Assembly (NCBI GenBank): GCA_963977445.1
Contig: CAXBPH010000132.1
Span: forward strand, 1 to 18,185
DNA from: an uncultured bacterium
GTDB lineage: Bacteria; Hydrogenedentota; Hydrogenedentia; Hydrogenedentales; JAEUWI01
DNA: 18,185 nt
Reading direction: 5' to 3'
Position numbers and translations under genes: made by a program. Under the pieces are notes generated by a model. The model saw only the letters and a list, made by a program, of their open reading frames with translations, did not search any database and had not been told where the DNA came from. Shown here piece after piece: positions 1-9,769 of the stretch; position 1 is the first letter of the stretch, and the number at the start of each line of letters is the position of its first letter.

Positions 1-37
1 CGTGCGGCTACAGTTTAATTTAAAACGCTCTAGTATC

Positions 38-72
38 ACGCGCCCTTGGCAACCCCGAGGGCGCGTTTTTTT
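38..72 (+). terminator. Rho-independent terminator of an upstream, out-of-window transcript
   Basis: 12-bp stem ACGCGCCCTTGG/CCGAGGGCGCGT (one G-U), 5-nt loop, followed by a T run. Confidence 0.8.
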
Positions 73-139
73 ATTGCGCTACGGGCCAGTAGACAAGTGT
101 GGCCGAAAATATGCTGATTGGGGTATTGGAACTGCCCGC

Positions 140-226
140 ATGAAACTATATACCTACTCACAAGCACGCCAACGACGCTCGGAAGTTCTCGATGCGGCTC
201 GTGACGAGGAAAGGCACTACGGGTGA
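140..226 (+). pseudogene. Truncated Phd/YefM-type (prevent-host-death) antitoxin remnant
   Basis: ATG at 140 gives MKLYTYSQARQRRSEVLDAARDEERHYG*, resembling the Phd/YefM N-terminus (M-K-x-Y-T-Y-S-E-A-R-x-x-L-x-x-L-L-x-x-A). It stops after 28 aa and no toxin ORF follows. Confidence 0.6.
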
Positions 227-245
227 TACATAGGATAAACCAACC

Positions 246-442
246 GTGCCACGCGATCCGACTATGTCGGTTCGTGTGAGGGTACCAAGACGTACATACA
301 AGCTACAGAATAGGCTTGAGCGCAGCGACGTTACCCCTCAGAATATCCAGGCAATCAAGATTCGAAATTCCGGTTGGTGAATCACGCCCATAGACGCAGC
401 CACGCCCCACACACGAACCGACGTGGTCGGATCGCGTGGCAC
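246..442. repeat. Inverted pair of 33-bp REP-like palindromic elements (246-278 and 410-442)
   Basis: GTGCCACGCGATCCGACTATGTCGGTTCGTGTG vs the reverse complement of CACACGAACCGACGTGGTCGGATCGCGTGGCAC: 31/33 identical. Each has an internal CCGAC-N3-GTCGG palindrome and both mismatches lie in the loop. Confidence 0.8.
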
Positions 443-603
443 AGAGAAATCTTAGCTGCTGATGGGGCGTCCTTATATGCGCGCTCAGGCTTTCCCGCCA
501 CGGCGCGTCATGACCAGCCTGAGACAGCGCACCTTATGCGTGCTGCACGGCACCAAACTCGGCGCGGTATACCGACGACTTAGACCTTTTCGAAAAAGGC
601 CGT

Positions 604-2190
604 TTAGTTCCCCAGACCGGCTTCCTGGAACATCTTCCGCAACTCTTCATAACGCACCTGGGCACCGGTGTGTCCGGGATCGAGGAGGAGGGCCGTTTCG
701 AGGTAGGTTTTGGCCTGGGGCAGGAGGCCAGCCTTCATGAAACCTTCCGCTTCGGCGACGAAGGCACCCGCTTTTTCCACGGGCTTGATGGGGCCTTCGC
801 CAAAGCCGGCCCAGTGTCCCTTCCTGAGAATAGGCAGGAAGACGTCGCGAAGTTCGACGGGGTCCCAGCAGAGATCCTGGAGGTAGAGGGGCGCTTCGTG
901 TCCGGCGAGGAGGGCCGTCCAGCCGAATTGTTTCCAGCGCACGTTTTGTTCCCAGTTCCGTTGGCTCTGGTGGGCGCTGTAGAGGGTGCCGAGAAAAAGG
1001 ACGATAGCGAGGGTGGCAACGAGGCCGCCCTTGGCGGTGGGTAGTTTTCGGCGGAGTTCGCTGTCGGCGAAGGCGTGGCCACCGAGGGCGATGAGACCCA
1101 GCCAGTAGAGGGTGGTCATGGTCATGTAGCGGGAGGTCATGGCCTGCTCCAGGCCAAAGCCAGCGCGCCCGGCGGCCGTTATGGTGGCGCTGCCGAGTAC
1201 GTAGAGGATGAGTCCGGCCCAGGGCAGGTAAGGGCGGTAGTCGCCGCCCTTCTTATAGAGACGCCAGACGATTACGGGGAGGGCGGCCAAGCCGAGGAGG
1301 CCCGGAATGAAGTGGCCGAAGCCCACGGGGGGCGCGTAGCCGTGCCAGGCGGGCTGGGTAAACATGCCGGTGATGGGTGCACCGATGTAGACCAGACCGT
1401 AGCTGATGAATTCGATGGGTGCTTGCAGAATAGAGCCGAGGGAGGGGCTCACTTCGGGCTTGTGGTAGTCGAGGAGGTAGAGCTGGATCACGAGGACACC
1501 GGCGGCAATCCAGAGGAGGCTGTAGATGATTTTTTTCTCCCGGACCAAATCGGGTGCGAGGATAATCAGGGGTGCCAGCGCAATCCAGCAGAGGAGTCCG
1601 TTGGCAAAGCAAAAGGAGGTTACGAGGGCGGCGCAGAGTGCCAGCACAAAGCGCAGGGGGTTGAGGGGCGCGACGGTCAGCAGGACGGCGGCGGAAACGA
1701 CGGAGAAGGTGTTGAGGAAGACATTGACTTCCCAGCCCCAGGCCCAATTTTCCATTTGTACCCAGGAAAAAATAAGGAGGGAAAAAACCGGAACTATCCA
1801 CCAGGGGCGTGGCGCGGTCGCGGTTTTTCGAAGGGCGGTCGCGGTGCAGAGGAGGAAGGTAGCGACACCGAGTACCATGCTGGCGACCAGCTCCCAGGCC
1901 ACATTCCACCCACTCAGGCGGGCAAGGCCAAACATGAGGAGCCGTGGAAAAACGACGCGGTGCTCGTTGTGCTGGGCCCAGAAATCGGCGAAGGACAGGG
2001 TGCCGGCCTGAAATTTTTCGAGAATAAACGCGAAGTGCCAGGCATCCCAATAGGGAAAGGCCATGCCGTAGCGATATTCCTTGTAGCACAGGGCAATAAA
2101 GGGGATGAGGGCCAAGCCGATATAAAGGGCCACGGGGGTGGGCTTTTTCGGTGAGGAAACAGGGACCGCGTCCTGGGGGGCATCATCCAT
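604..2190 (-). CDS. Polytopic membrane protein, probable GT-C-like glycosyltransferase/surface-modification enzyme, with a C-terminal TPR-like helix pair
   Basis: 528-aa ORF with roughly a dozen hydrophobic segments. First loop has WDAW...FWAQHNEHRVVFPRL; late motif TAAGR...SRY; C-terminal AKTYLETALLLDPGH is TPR-like. Confidence 0.75.
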   Translation of the reverse strand: MDDAPQDAVPVSSPKKPTPVALYIGLALIPFIALCYKEYRYGMAFPYWDAWHFAFILEKFQAGTLSFADFWAQHNEHRVVFPRLLMFGLARLSGWNVAWELVASMVLGVATFLLCTATALRKTATAPRPWWIVPVFSLLIFSWVQMENWAWGWEVNVFLNTFSVVSAAVLLTVAPLNPLRFVLALCAALVTSFCFANGLLCWIALAPLIILAPDLVREKKIIYSLLWIAAGVLVIQLYLLDYHKPEVSPSLGSILQAPIEFISYGLVYIGAPITGMFTQPAWHGYAPPVGFGHFIPGLLGLAALPVIVWRLYKKGGDYRPYLPWAGLILYVLGSATITAAGRAGFGLEQAMTSRYMTMTTLYWLGLIALGGHAFADSELRRKLPTAKGGLVATLAIVLFLGTLYSAHQSQRNWEQNVRWKQFGWTALLAGHEAPLYLQDLCWDPVELRDVFLPILRKGHWAGFGEGPIKPVEKAGAFVAEAEGFMKAGLLPQAKTYLETALLLDPGHTGAQVRYEELRKMFQEAGLGN

Positions 2191-2286
2191 GGTCGCACCC
2201 TGTCGTGTGTGTGTTGCTGTTCAGCATGGGAGCCCTCTCGTGGTATGTCGTTTGGCCCGACCGGATGGGGTGGGCGTTGCTGCACC

Positions 2287-2316
2287 ACCATACCCAACGG
2301 CGATTTACTGCGTCAA
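2287..2316 (-). promoter_or_regulatory. Possible sigma-70 promoter for the membrane protein gene
   Basis: Minus strand TTGACG-18 nt-TATGGT about 100 bp upstream of the ATG at 2190. Confidence 0.4.
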
Positions 2317-2412
2317 TAAAGAGCGCCGAGCAATGGCCTCATCGACCCCACTCACGTATCCGACGGATAGTCCCGCGCGAGAGTTTCGAGGTGGTGGACG
2401 AGGGCCGAAAAA

Positions 2413-2806
2413 GGGAACAATGCTACGGTGACATGACCCAAGTCGTTCGTCTTTCAGGGTCAAGACACCCGAACGCTTCCTGCACGACCGGCGGCGATTA
2501 GACCCAATCACAGACAGTGCCAAGTCTCCTCTTTTCCGCCCTGAACAACGAGCGCGATCGGGTGGCACCACTGAGTGTCACCTTATATGGACTCCATACA
2601 GTAACCTTGTTCACCAGCGAGGGCCGAGGGGCGAAATAGGGAACAATGCTACGGTGACGTGACCCAAGTCGTTCGTCTTTCAGGGTCAAGGCACCCGAAC
2701 GCTTTCTGCAAGACCGGCGATGATTACACCCAATCATAGTTAACGGGAAATCTCATCTTTTCCGCCCTGAACAACGAGCGCGATCGGGTGGCACCACTGG
2801 GTGTCA
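2413..2806. repeat. Direct tandem duplication of a ~168-bp unit (2413-2580 and 2639-2806; period 226 bp)
   Basis: Ungapped alignment by eye gives about 17 mismatches in 168 nt (~90% identity). The spacer between the copies is mostly unrelated. Confidence 0.95.
2427..2582. ncRNA. Putative structured non-coding RNA, copy 1 (family and strand unresolved)
   Basis: Long-range complementarity TTCAGGG/CCCTGAA, CGTTCGT/ACGAGCG, ACCC/GGGT and GGTGACAT/GTGTCACC; apical GATT-N6-AATC hairpin; 3' hairpin GGTGGCAC-CACTGA-GTGTCACC followed by TTATAT; no conserved reading frame. Confidence 0.45.
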
Positions 2807-2809
2807 ACC
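2653..2809. ncRNA. Putative structured non-coding RNA, copy 2
   Basis: Same stems as copy 1; apical hairpin ATGATT-ACACCC-AATCAT; differences concentrate in the inner segment. Confidence 0.45.
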
Positions 2810-2970
2810 TGATGCCCCTATGGTCGAATAGAAAATTGCCCCCTGAAAATATCGTGCCGGTGTTGATACCGTCTAGGAGTCTGGGCCGCCGCGCGTGCCA
2901 CGTGGCGTCGCCTCCGCCCGGAGACCCGTTAGGCGTCACAAACAACCCCAATTCACCTGCCCCACAAAAA

Positions 2971-2988
2971 GTGACAGATATTTGTCAC
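2971..2988. promoter_or_regulatory. Palindromic operator, candidate enhancer (bEBP) site for the sigma-54 promoter
   Basis: GTGACA-GATATT-TGTCAC dyad about 140-150 bp upstream of the -24 box. Confidence 0.5.
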
Positions 2989-3124
2989 CCCTGAGTAACT
3001 CTTTTCTTCCCGACATTATTATACGGTGGTTGGTGTGCTTTTATTTGGAGCCTACGGCGGGACCAGCCTTGTATTCCTCAGCAGAATAGCCATAAATACG
3101 TGTTTTTCACACTTGTTAGTTTTT

Positions 3125-3140
3125 TGGCACGTAATCTGCT
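3125..3140 (+). promoter_or_regulatory. Sigma-54 (-24/-12) promoter
   Basis: TGGCACGTAATCTGCT vs consensus TGGCACG-N4-TTGCW (one mismatch, GG and GC correctly spaced), upstream of a PEP-CTERM gene. Confidence 0.8.
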
Positions 3141-3201
3141 TCATGACTGATGGAATAGTTGCTCTTGGGATATTATGCACACCACTCTTTAGGAGATAAC
3201 C

Positions 3202-3993
3202 ATGAAATTGTCATCCGCTCTGACCCACGCCACATTGGGCGCATGCGCCTTACTGCTGCCGCTGAGTGCATCTGCGATCATCATAGATTTTGAGGGGCTC
3301 GAACACGGCCGCATAGTGAACAACCAATATATCGGGCTGCCCTGGGGCGTAAGCATCAGCGTGGACAATGTGGGCGGTGGGCCCGATATCGGTGTCGCCT
3401 TCAACACCAATCTGTCGGGTACCCGTGACCCCGATCTGGAAAGTCCCTGGAGTGGTGGCAATCTCCACAGCAGCACCGACTTGGGCAACATCCTGATTAT
3501 TCAGGAGAATTCCAACGGAATCATTGACGGTATCGCCGACCTGCCGGATGACGAAGGCTCCCGGGCTGCGGGCAGTATCACACTGTCCTTTGACCGTGCC
3601 CTCGATTTTTTCGGATTCGACCTTGTCGATGTGGAAGGCCCGAGTGAATATGGTGCAAATAGCGGCTATTTCGCCACGTTCTTCATGAACGGTTCCGAAG
3701 TAAATCGGGTAGGATTCGGCGACCTCATTAACAGCGCCAGCCCCTACTACGACTCGACCATCGAATTTGGCGACAACTACATCAACCGAATCAGTCCCAT
3801 TACGGTCGGTCAGAATGGTATCCAGTCCTTCGACGAAGTAGTCATCAACTTCGGTGGCTCTGCGGGTATCGACAATATCGTGTTCGAATACACGCCCCCG
3901 AACAATCCGGTCCCCGAACCTGCCACGATCTCCCTCGTGGGTATGGGCCTTGCGGGACTCATCATGCGCAATCGCAAGCGCAACATCGCTTAA
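3202..3993 (+). CDS. PEP-CTERM sorting domain protein (exosortase substrate)
   Basis: RBS AGGAGA at 3191; signal peptide ending ASA; C-terminus PVPEPATISLVGMGLAGLIMRNRKR = VPEP motif + TM helix + basic tail. Confidence 0.95.
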   Translation: MKLSSALTHATLGACALLLPLSASAIIIDFEGLEHGRIVNNQYIGLPWGVSISVDNVGGGPDIGVAFNTNLSGTRDPDLESPWSGGNLHSSTDLGNILIIQENSNGIIDGIADLPDDEGSRAAGSITLSFDRALDFFGFDLVDVEGPSEYGANSGYFATFFMNGSEVNRVGFGDLINSASPYYDSTIEFGDNYINRISPITVGQNGIQSFDEVVINFGGSAGIDNIVFEYTPPNNPVPEPATISLVGMGLAGLIMRNRKRNIA

Positions 3994-4019
3994 GCAGAAC
4001 CAAGCCTGACAACAAAACA

Positions 4020-4055
4020 CGCGCGGCATCCTGAATTGATTCAGGATGCCGCGCG
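4020..4055. terminator. Bidirectional terminator between the convergent PEP-CTERM gene and carB
   Basis: Perfect inverted repeat CGCGCGGCATCCTGAAT-TG-ATTCAGGATGCCGCGCG with A-rich left and T-rich right flanks. Confidence 0.8.
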
Positions 4056-4103
4056 CTTTCGTATTGAACGGATCGTGCCGTGCCCAAGGGCCACGTCGAC
4101 CGA

Positions 4104-7100
4104 TTATTTCATGGTACTGTGGTATTCCTGAAGAGAGGTGATGGACACGTCCCCTTCTTTTAGTGCACGGATGGCCATGACCGCCGCACGGGCAGCCGCC
4201 ATGGTCGTCATGGTGGGAATGTTGTTCTCCAGGGCCGTGCGGCGAATAGCCCGCTCATCGAACTTGGATTCGGCACCCAGGGGCGTATTAATAATCCAGT
4301 CGACGCCGTCGTTGATGATATGGTCGACCACATTGGGGCGACCTTCACCTACCTTGAATACTTCTTCCACTTCGATGCCATCGGCCCGCAATACAGCGGC
4401 GGTGCCGTCGGTGGCGAGAAACTTGAAGCCCAGCTCGGTGAGGTCCTTTGCGAGGGTCCCGATCTTGCCCTTGTCCCGACTGTTGAGACTGAGGAAAACC
4501 GTTCCGCTCAGGGGAACACTGTTGCCCGCTGCAATCTGGCTCTTGGCAAAGGCGAGGCCCATGTTTTTGTCGATGCCCATCACTTCGCCGGTACTGCGCA
4601 TTTCCGGGCCGAGGAGGGTGTCCACGCCGGGAAACTTAATGAAGGGCAGCACCACTTCTTTGGCGGAGGTATACTGGGGTATGGGATCTTCGGTGAAGCC
4701 AAGCTCTTTCAAGGTCTTGCCCGCCATAACGCGCGCGGCAATCTTGGCGAGGGGGATCCCGATGGACTTACTCACAAAGGGAACCGTGCGGCTGGCCCGT
4801 GGGTTCACTTCGATAAGATAAATATCATTGTCACGGACGGCGAACTGGATGTTCATCAGGCCGATAACCTTGAGCTCCAGCGCCAATGCCCGGGTCTGTT
4901 CCTTCACCCGCTCGATAATGGCGGCGTCCAGGTCGTAGGGGGGCAGTATGCAGGCACTGTCGCCCGAATGAATACCGGCTTCTTCGATGTGCTGCATGAT
5001 ACCGGCAACCACGACGGTCTCCCCATCGGATACGGCATCCACATCCAACTCGATGGCACTCTCAAGGAATTTATCGATGAGAATCGGTGCCTCGGGAGAG
5101 GCCTCGACGGCGTAGGTCATGTAGCGATTGAGGGACTCGCGGTCGTAGACGATTTCCATGGCCCGACCACCCAGGACGAACGACGGGCGCACGACGACGG
5201 GATAGCCGATAGTTTCAGCGATGTCGGCCGCCTCATCGAAGGAAACCGCCGTTTCGTTGGCAGGCTGGAGCAGATTGAGTTTCTCCACCACATCACGGAA
5301 ACGCTTGCGATCTTCGGCCCGGGAGATGCTGTCGGGCGAGGTGCCGATGATTGGGGCACCGGCCGCTTCCAGACGTTCCGCAAGATTCAGGGGCGTCTGG
5401 CCGCCATATTGGACAATAACGCCCTTGGGCTTGACGCGGTCGATAATGTTCATCACGTCTTCGAAGGTAACGGGCTCGAAAAAGAGGCTGTCTGAGGTAT
5501 CGTAGTCCGTAGAAACCGTTTCGGGGTTGCAGTTGACCATGATGGTCTCGTAGCCATCTTCTTTCAGGGCGAAGGCAGCGTGAACGCAGCAGTAGTCAAA
5601 CTCAATACCTTGTCCGATACGGTTGGGACCGCCACCAAGGATTATGATGCGTTCTTTATCGGTGCCTACATATTCATCTTCGTCGCCGTAGGAAGAATAG
5701 TAATACGGGGTATAGGCTTCAAACTCAGCGGCGCAGGTATCCACCAGGCGATAGCAGGGCAAGACACCATGCTTCTTCCGCTTCGCGCGGATCGCATCTT
5801 CGCTCTTGTTCCAGAGACGGGCCAACTGATGGTCCGAAAAGCCCATTTGCTTTGCGCGACGCAGTACCGCCGGATCGTCGGGACTTAAGGCCTCCATGGC
5901 CTTATATTCGTCAACAATCTCTTTCATCTGGCGGACAAACCAGGGATCGATCCACGTCGCTTTGTGCACTTCCTCGACCGTGGCACCCAGGCGCAGGGCT
6001 TCCGCAACCTGGCCCATCCGATCGGGCGTCGGAATGCGCATGGCCTTCAGCAGGGCTTTCTTTTCCACCGCGCTGTCGGGTTCGCCCGTAAGGGGCTTTA
6101 CCGCACCGTCTCCCACGAAACCACTACGGCCGACTTCGAGACCGCGCATCCCCTTTTGAAGGGATTCTTTAAAGGTCCGACCGATGGACATGGTCTCGCC
6201 CACGCTCTTCATCTGGACGCCCAGCACCGGCTCGGAGCCGGGGAACTTCTCGAAGGCCCAGCGGGGAATCTTGGTAACCACGTAGTCGATCGTCGGCTCG
6301 AAGGAGGCAGGTGTCTCTCGCGTGATGTCGTTGCGAATCTCGTCCAGAGAATATCCCACGGCAAGCTTCGCCGCGATCTTGGCGATAGGAAAGCCCGTCG
6401 CCTTGGAGGCCAGGGCCGAGCTGCGCGATACCCGGGGATTCATTTCGATAATAATCATACGACCGGAGCTTGGATTCACGGCAAACTGAACATTGGAGCC
6501 GCCCGTTTCCACGCCGATTTCCCGAATGATGGCGACGGCCGCATCACGCATAACCTGATATTGTTTATCGGTCAGGGTCTGTGCGGGCGCTACCGTAATG
6601 CTGTCGCCGGTGTGAACCCCCATGGCGTCCACATTCTCAATAGAACAAATAATAACGACATTGTCCTTCATGTCGCGCATTACTTCGAGTTCATATTCTT
6701 TCCAGCCGACAATTGATTCCTCAATGAGAATCTCGGTCACGGGACTGGCTTCGAGGCCATACTGCACGGCGGCTTCGTATTCGTCTTTATTGAAGGCCAG
6801 ACCGGCACCGGAACCACCCATGGTAAAGGCGGGACGGATGATGGCGGCGTAGTTAACTTCCTTGCCGAATTCCCGGGCTTCTTCGAGGGTGTGTACCACC
6901 ACGCTCCGGGGCACATCGAGGCCAATCTTAATCATGGCGTCTTTGAACTCGCCCCGATCTTCCGCTTTTCGGATGGCGGGCAGCTTTGCACCGATAAGTT
7001 CACAGCCGTATTTTTCCAGAATACCCGCTTCGGCCAGGCCGACCGCGAGATTGAGTCCGGTCTGGCCGCCAACGGTAGGCAGCACGGCATCGGGCCGCTC

Positions 7101-7340
7101 TTTTTCGATGATGCGCTCAAGAAACTCGACCGTCAGTGGCTCGATATAGACCTGATCGGCGGTTTCCGGATCCGTCATGATCGTGGCGGGGTTACTATTG
7201 GCCAAGATGACTTGATAGCCTTCTTCACGAAGGGCTTTGCAGGCCTGGGTTCCGGAGTAATCGAATTCGCAGGCCTGTCCGATAACGATAGGCCCTGATC
7301 CGATGAGTAGAATCTTCGTGATGTCGGTTCTTTTTGGCAT
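4104..7340 (-). CDS. carB: Carbamoyl-phosphate synthase large subunit
   Basis: 1078 aa; [32 protein letters not shown], two ATP-grasp halves ([24 protein letters not shown]), C-terminal MGS-like domain. Confidence 0.99.
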   Translation of the reverse strand: MPKRTDITKILLIGSGPIVIGQACEFDYSGTQACKALREEGYQVILANSNPATIMTDPETADQVYIEPLTVEFLERIIEKERPDAVLPTVGGQTGLNLAVGLAEAGILEKYGCELIGAKLPAIRKAEDRGEFKDAMIKIGLDVPRSVVVHTLEEAREFGKEVNYAAIIRPAFTMGGSGAGLAFNKDEYEAAVQYGLEASPVTEILIEESIVGWKEYELEVMRDMKDNVVIICSIENVDAMGVHTGDSITVAPAQTLTDKQYQVMRDAAVAIIREIGVETGGSNVQFAVNPSSGRMIIIEMNPRVSRSSALASKATGFPIAKIAAKLAVGYSLDEIRNDITRETPASFEPTIDYVVTKIPRWAFEKFPGSEPVLGVQMKSVGETMSIGRTFKESLQKGMRGLEVGRSGFVGDGAVKPLTGEPDSAVEKKALLKAMRIPTPDRMGQVAEALRLGATVEEVHKATWIDPWFVRQMKEIVDEYKAMEALSPDDPAVLRRAKQMGFSDHQLARLWNKSEDAIRAKRKKHGVLPCYRLVDTCAAEFEAYTPYYYSSYGDEDEYVGTDKERIIILGGGPNRIGQGIEFDYCCVHAAFALKEDGYETIMVNCNPETVSTDYDTSDSLFFEPVTFEDVMNIIDRVKPKGVIVQYGGQTPLNLAERLEAAGAPIIGTSPDSISRAEDRKRFRDVVEKLNLLQPANETAVSFDEAADIAETIGYPVVVRPSFVLGGRAMEIVYDRESLNRYMTYAVEASPEAPILIDKFLESAIELDVDAVSDGETVVVAGIMQHIEEAGIHSGDSACILPPYDLDAAIIERVKEQTRALALELKVIGLMNIQFAVRDNDIYLIEVNPRASRTVPFVSKSIGIPLAKIAARVMAGKTLKELGFTEDPIPQYTSAKEVVLPFIKFPGVDTLLGPEMRSTGEVMGIDKNMGLAFAKSQIAAGNSVPLSGTVFLSLNSRDKGKIGTLAKDLTELGFKFLATDGTAAVLRADGIEVEEVFKVGEGRPNVVDHIINDGVDWIINTPLGAESKFDERAIRRTALENNIPTMTTMAAARAAVMAIRALKEGDVSITSLQEYHSTMK

Positions 7341-7453
7341 AGTACACTTTATGTTTGTCGGGTTACGTGATCCCGTGCAGCGGACGCGGATCTATCCAGG
7401 GGGTACAAAAGGAAGTGCTGCCCGACCGCCCGCAGATCGGTCAGGTTAAATAC

Positions 7454-7927
7454 TCAGTAGTTAATCTCAAGAATTTCCAAACTGATCTCGCCGGCAGGCA
7501 CGGTCGCCTTGGCTACATCACCCACGACAGTACCGAGTAAGGCTTTTCCAACCGGTGACGTCGTCGAGATTTTTCCATTGGCCATATCCGCTTCAACGTG
7601 GCTTACCAGTTTATAGGTCATTTCCCGCTTGGTCTTCTGGTTCAACACCCGAACGATGGCACCCATATAGGCCTTGCTGGTATCGATGTCCTGATCTTCC
7701 AGAATAACGGCACGGGAGATCTTGTCTTCCACATCCTTAATCTTGGCGTGGAGCATCCCCTGCTCTTCTTTGGCCGAATGGTACTCCGCGTTCTCCTTGA
7801 GATCACCAAGGGATCGGGCGTGTTCGATGGCATCCGCCACCCGAAGGCGACGCGTATTCATCTCTACCAATGAAGCGTTCAGCTTCTCGAGTCCATCCCG
7901 TGAAACATATAGTTTTTCCATAGTCAT
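7454..7927 (-). CDS. greA: Transcription elongation factor GreA
   Basis: ARSLGDLKENAEYHSAKEEQ and KISTTSPVGKALLG motifs. Start placed at MTMEK (7927; 7921 also possible) to give the usual ~157 aa. Confidence 0.96.
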   Translation of the reverse strand: MTMEKLYVSRDGLEKLNASLVEMNTRRLRVADAIEHARSLGDLKENAEYHSAKEEQGMLHAKIKDVEDKISRAVILEDQDIDTSKAYMGAIVRVLNQKTKREMTYKLVSHVEADMANGKISTTSPVGKALLGTVVGDVAKATVPAGEISLEILEINY

Positions 7928-8024
7928 CGTATCCAGCGGGTTTCTTGGTTCCATTCGGCGAATACACATTCACCGGAAGCGCTCTGGCGCAGGTGACCAA
8001 AGTCATTTCATGCGAAACGTGCTA

Positions 8025-8053
8025 AGTATATCAGAGTAGTGGTGGATCGTTAA
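8025..8053 (-). promoter_or_regulatory. Sigma-70 promoter (extended -10) for greA-carB
   Basis: Minus strand TTAACG-17 nt-TATACT with TGn immediately before the -10. Confidence 0.6.
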
Positions 8054-8124
8054 ATGTTGCTGCCTTCGCCACGCCCTAAGCCACTCTCCATAAAGGCATT
8101 GCATCGCCTGTGATTGGGCGAAAC

Positions 8125-8153
8125 TTGCAACGAATCGCGGAAGAATCTATAAT
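8125..8153 (+). promoter_or_regulatory. Sigma-70 promoter for guaBA
   Basis: TTGCAA-17 nt-TATAAT. Confidence 0.8.
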
Positions 8154-8195
8154 ATAGCACCCGAGGCAGCGGGCGTCTTGGGGGCAGGGGCATGA

Positions 8196-9698
<1,503 letters not shown>

Positions 9699-9769
9699 GC
9701 GTCTGTGCCCCCAATCGAATGATTGGGTGTCCAGGATACGTCGGAGCGAGTAGCGAAAGGATTTCTACC

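Noticed and set aside
484..546. Hairpins CTCAGGCT/AGCCTGAG and CAGCGCA/TGCGTGCTG as an ncRNA
   Set aside because: Short stems are expected by chance at this GC content; no second copy or recognisable motif
2186..2227. Out-of-frame upstream ATG with a (GT)5 tract as a phase-variation switch for the membrane protein
   Set aside because: Five dinucleotide units is too short for appreciable slippage, and the gene is intact from 2190
2403..2500. c-di-AMP (ydaO) or glycine riboswitch resemblance (GCCGAA..GGGAAC..AGGG..CCCGAAC; TCTTTCAGG)
   Set aside because: Key conserved elements are missing (GGGGTGAATC and CCCGTCAGCTAA for ydaO; GGAGA and CCGAAG for glycine). Only scattered short matches; cmscan would settle it
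2405..2580. Cobalamin riboswitch (AAnAGGGAA and CCACTG present in both copies)
   Set aside because: No GCCCCCGCAACTGT core or B12 box (AGYCAGRAGACCTGCC), and no B12-related gene adjacent
2413..2806. CRISPR array, retron msr-msd or IscB omega-RNA interpretation of the twin units
   Set aside because: Only two long units rather than 25-45 bp repeats with spacers; no cas, reverse transcriptase, IscB/TnpB or transposase in the window; the GGTCAAGACACC..GCTTCCT resemblance to omega-RNAs is too short
2305..2951. Small ORFs overlapping the twin units (2305-2571, 2498-2737, 2724-2951)
   Set aside because: Differences between copies are mostly non-synonymous and include a stop codon; no convincing RBS; frames are not preserved
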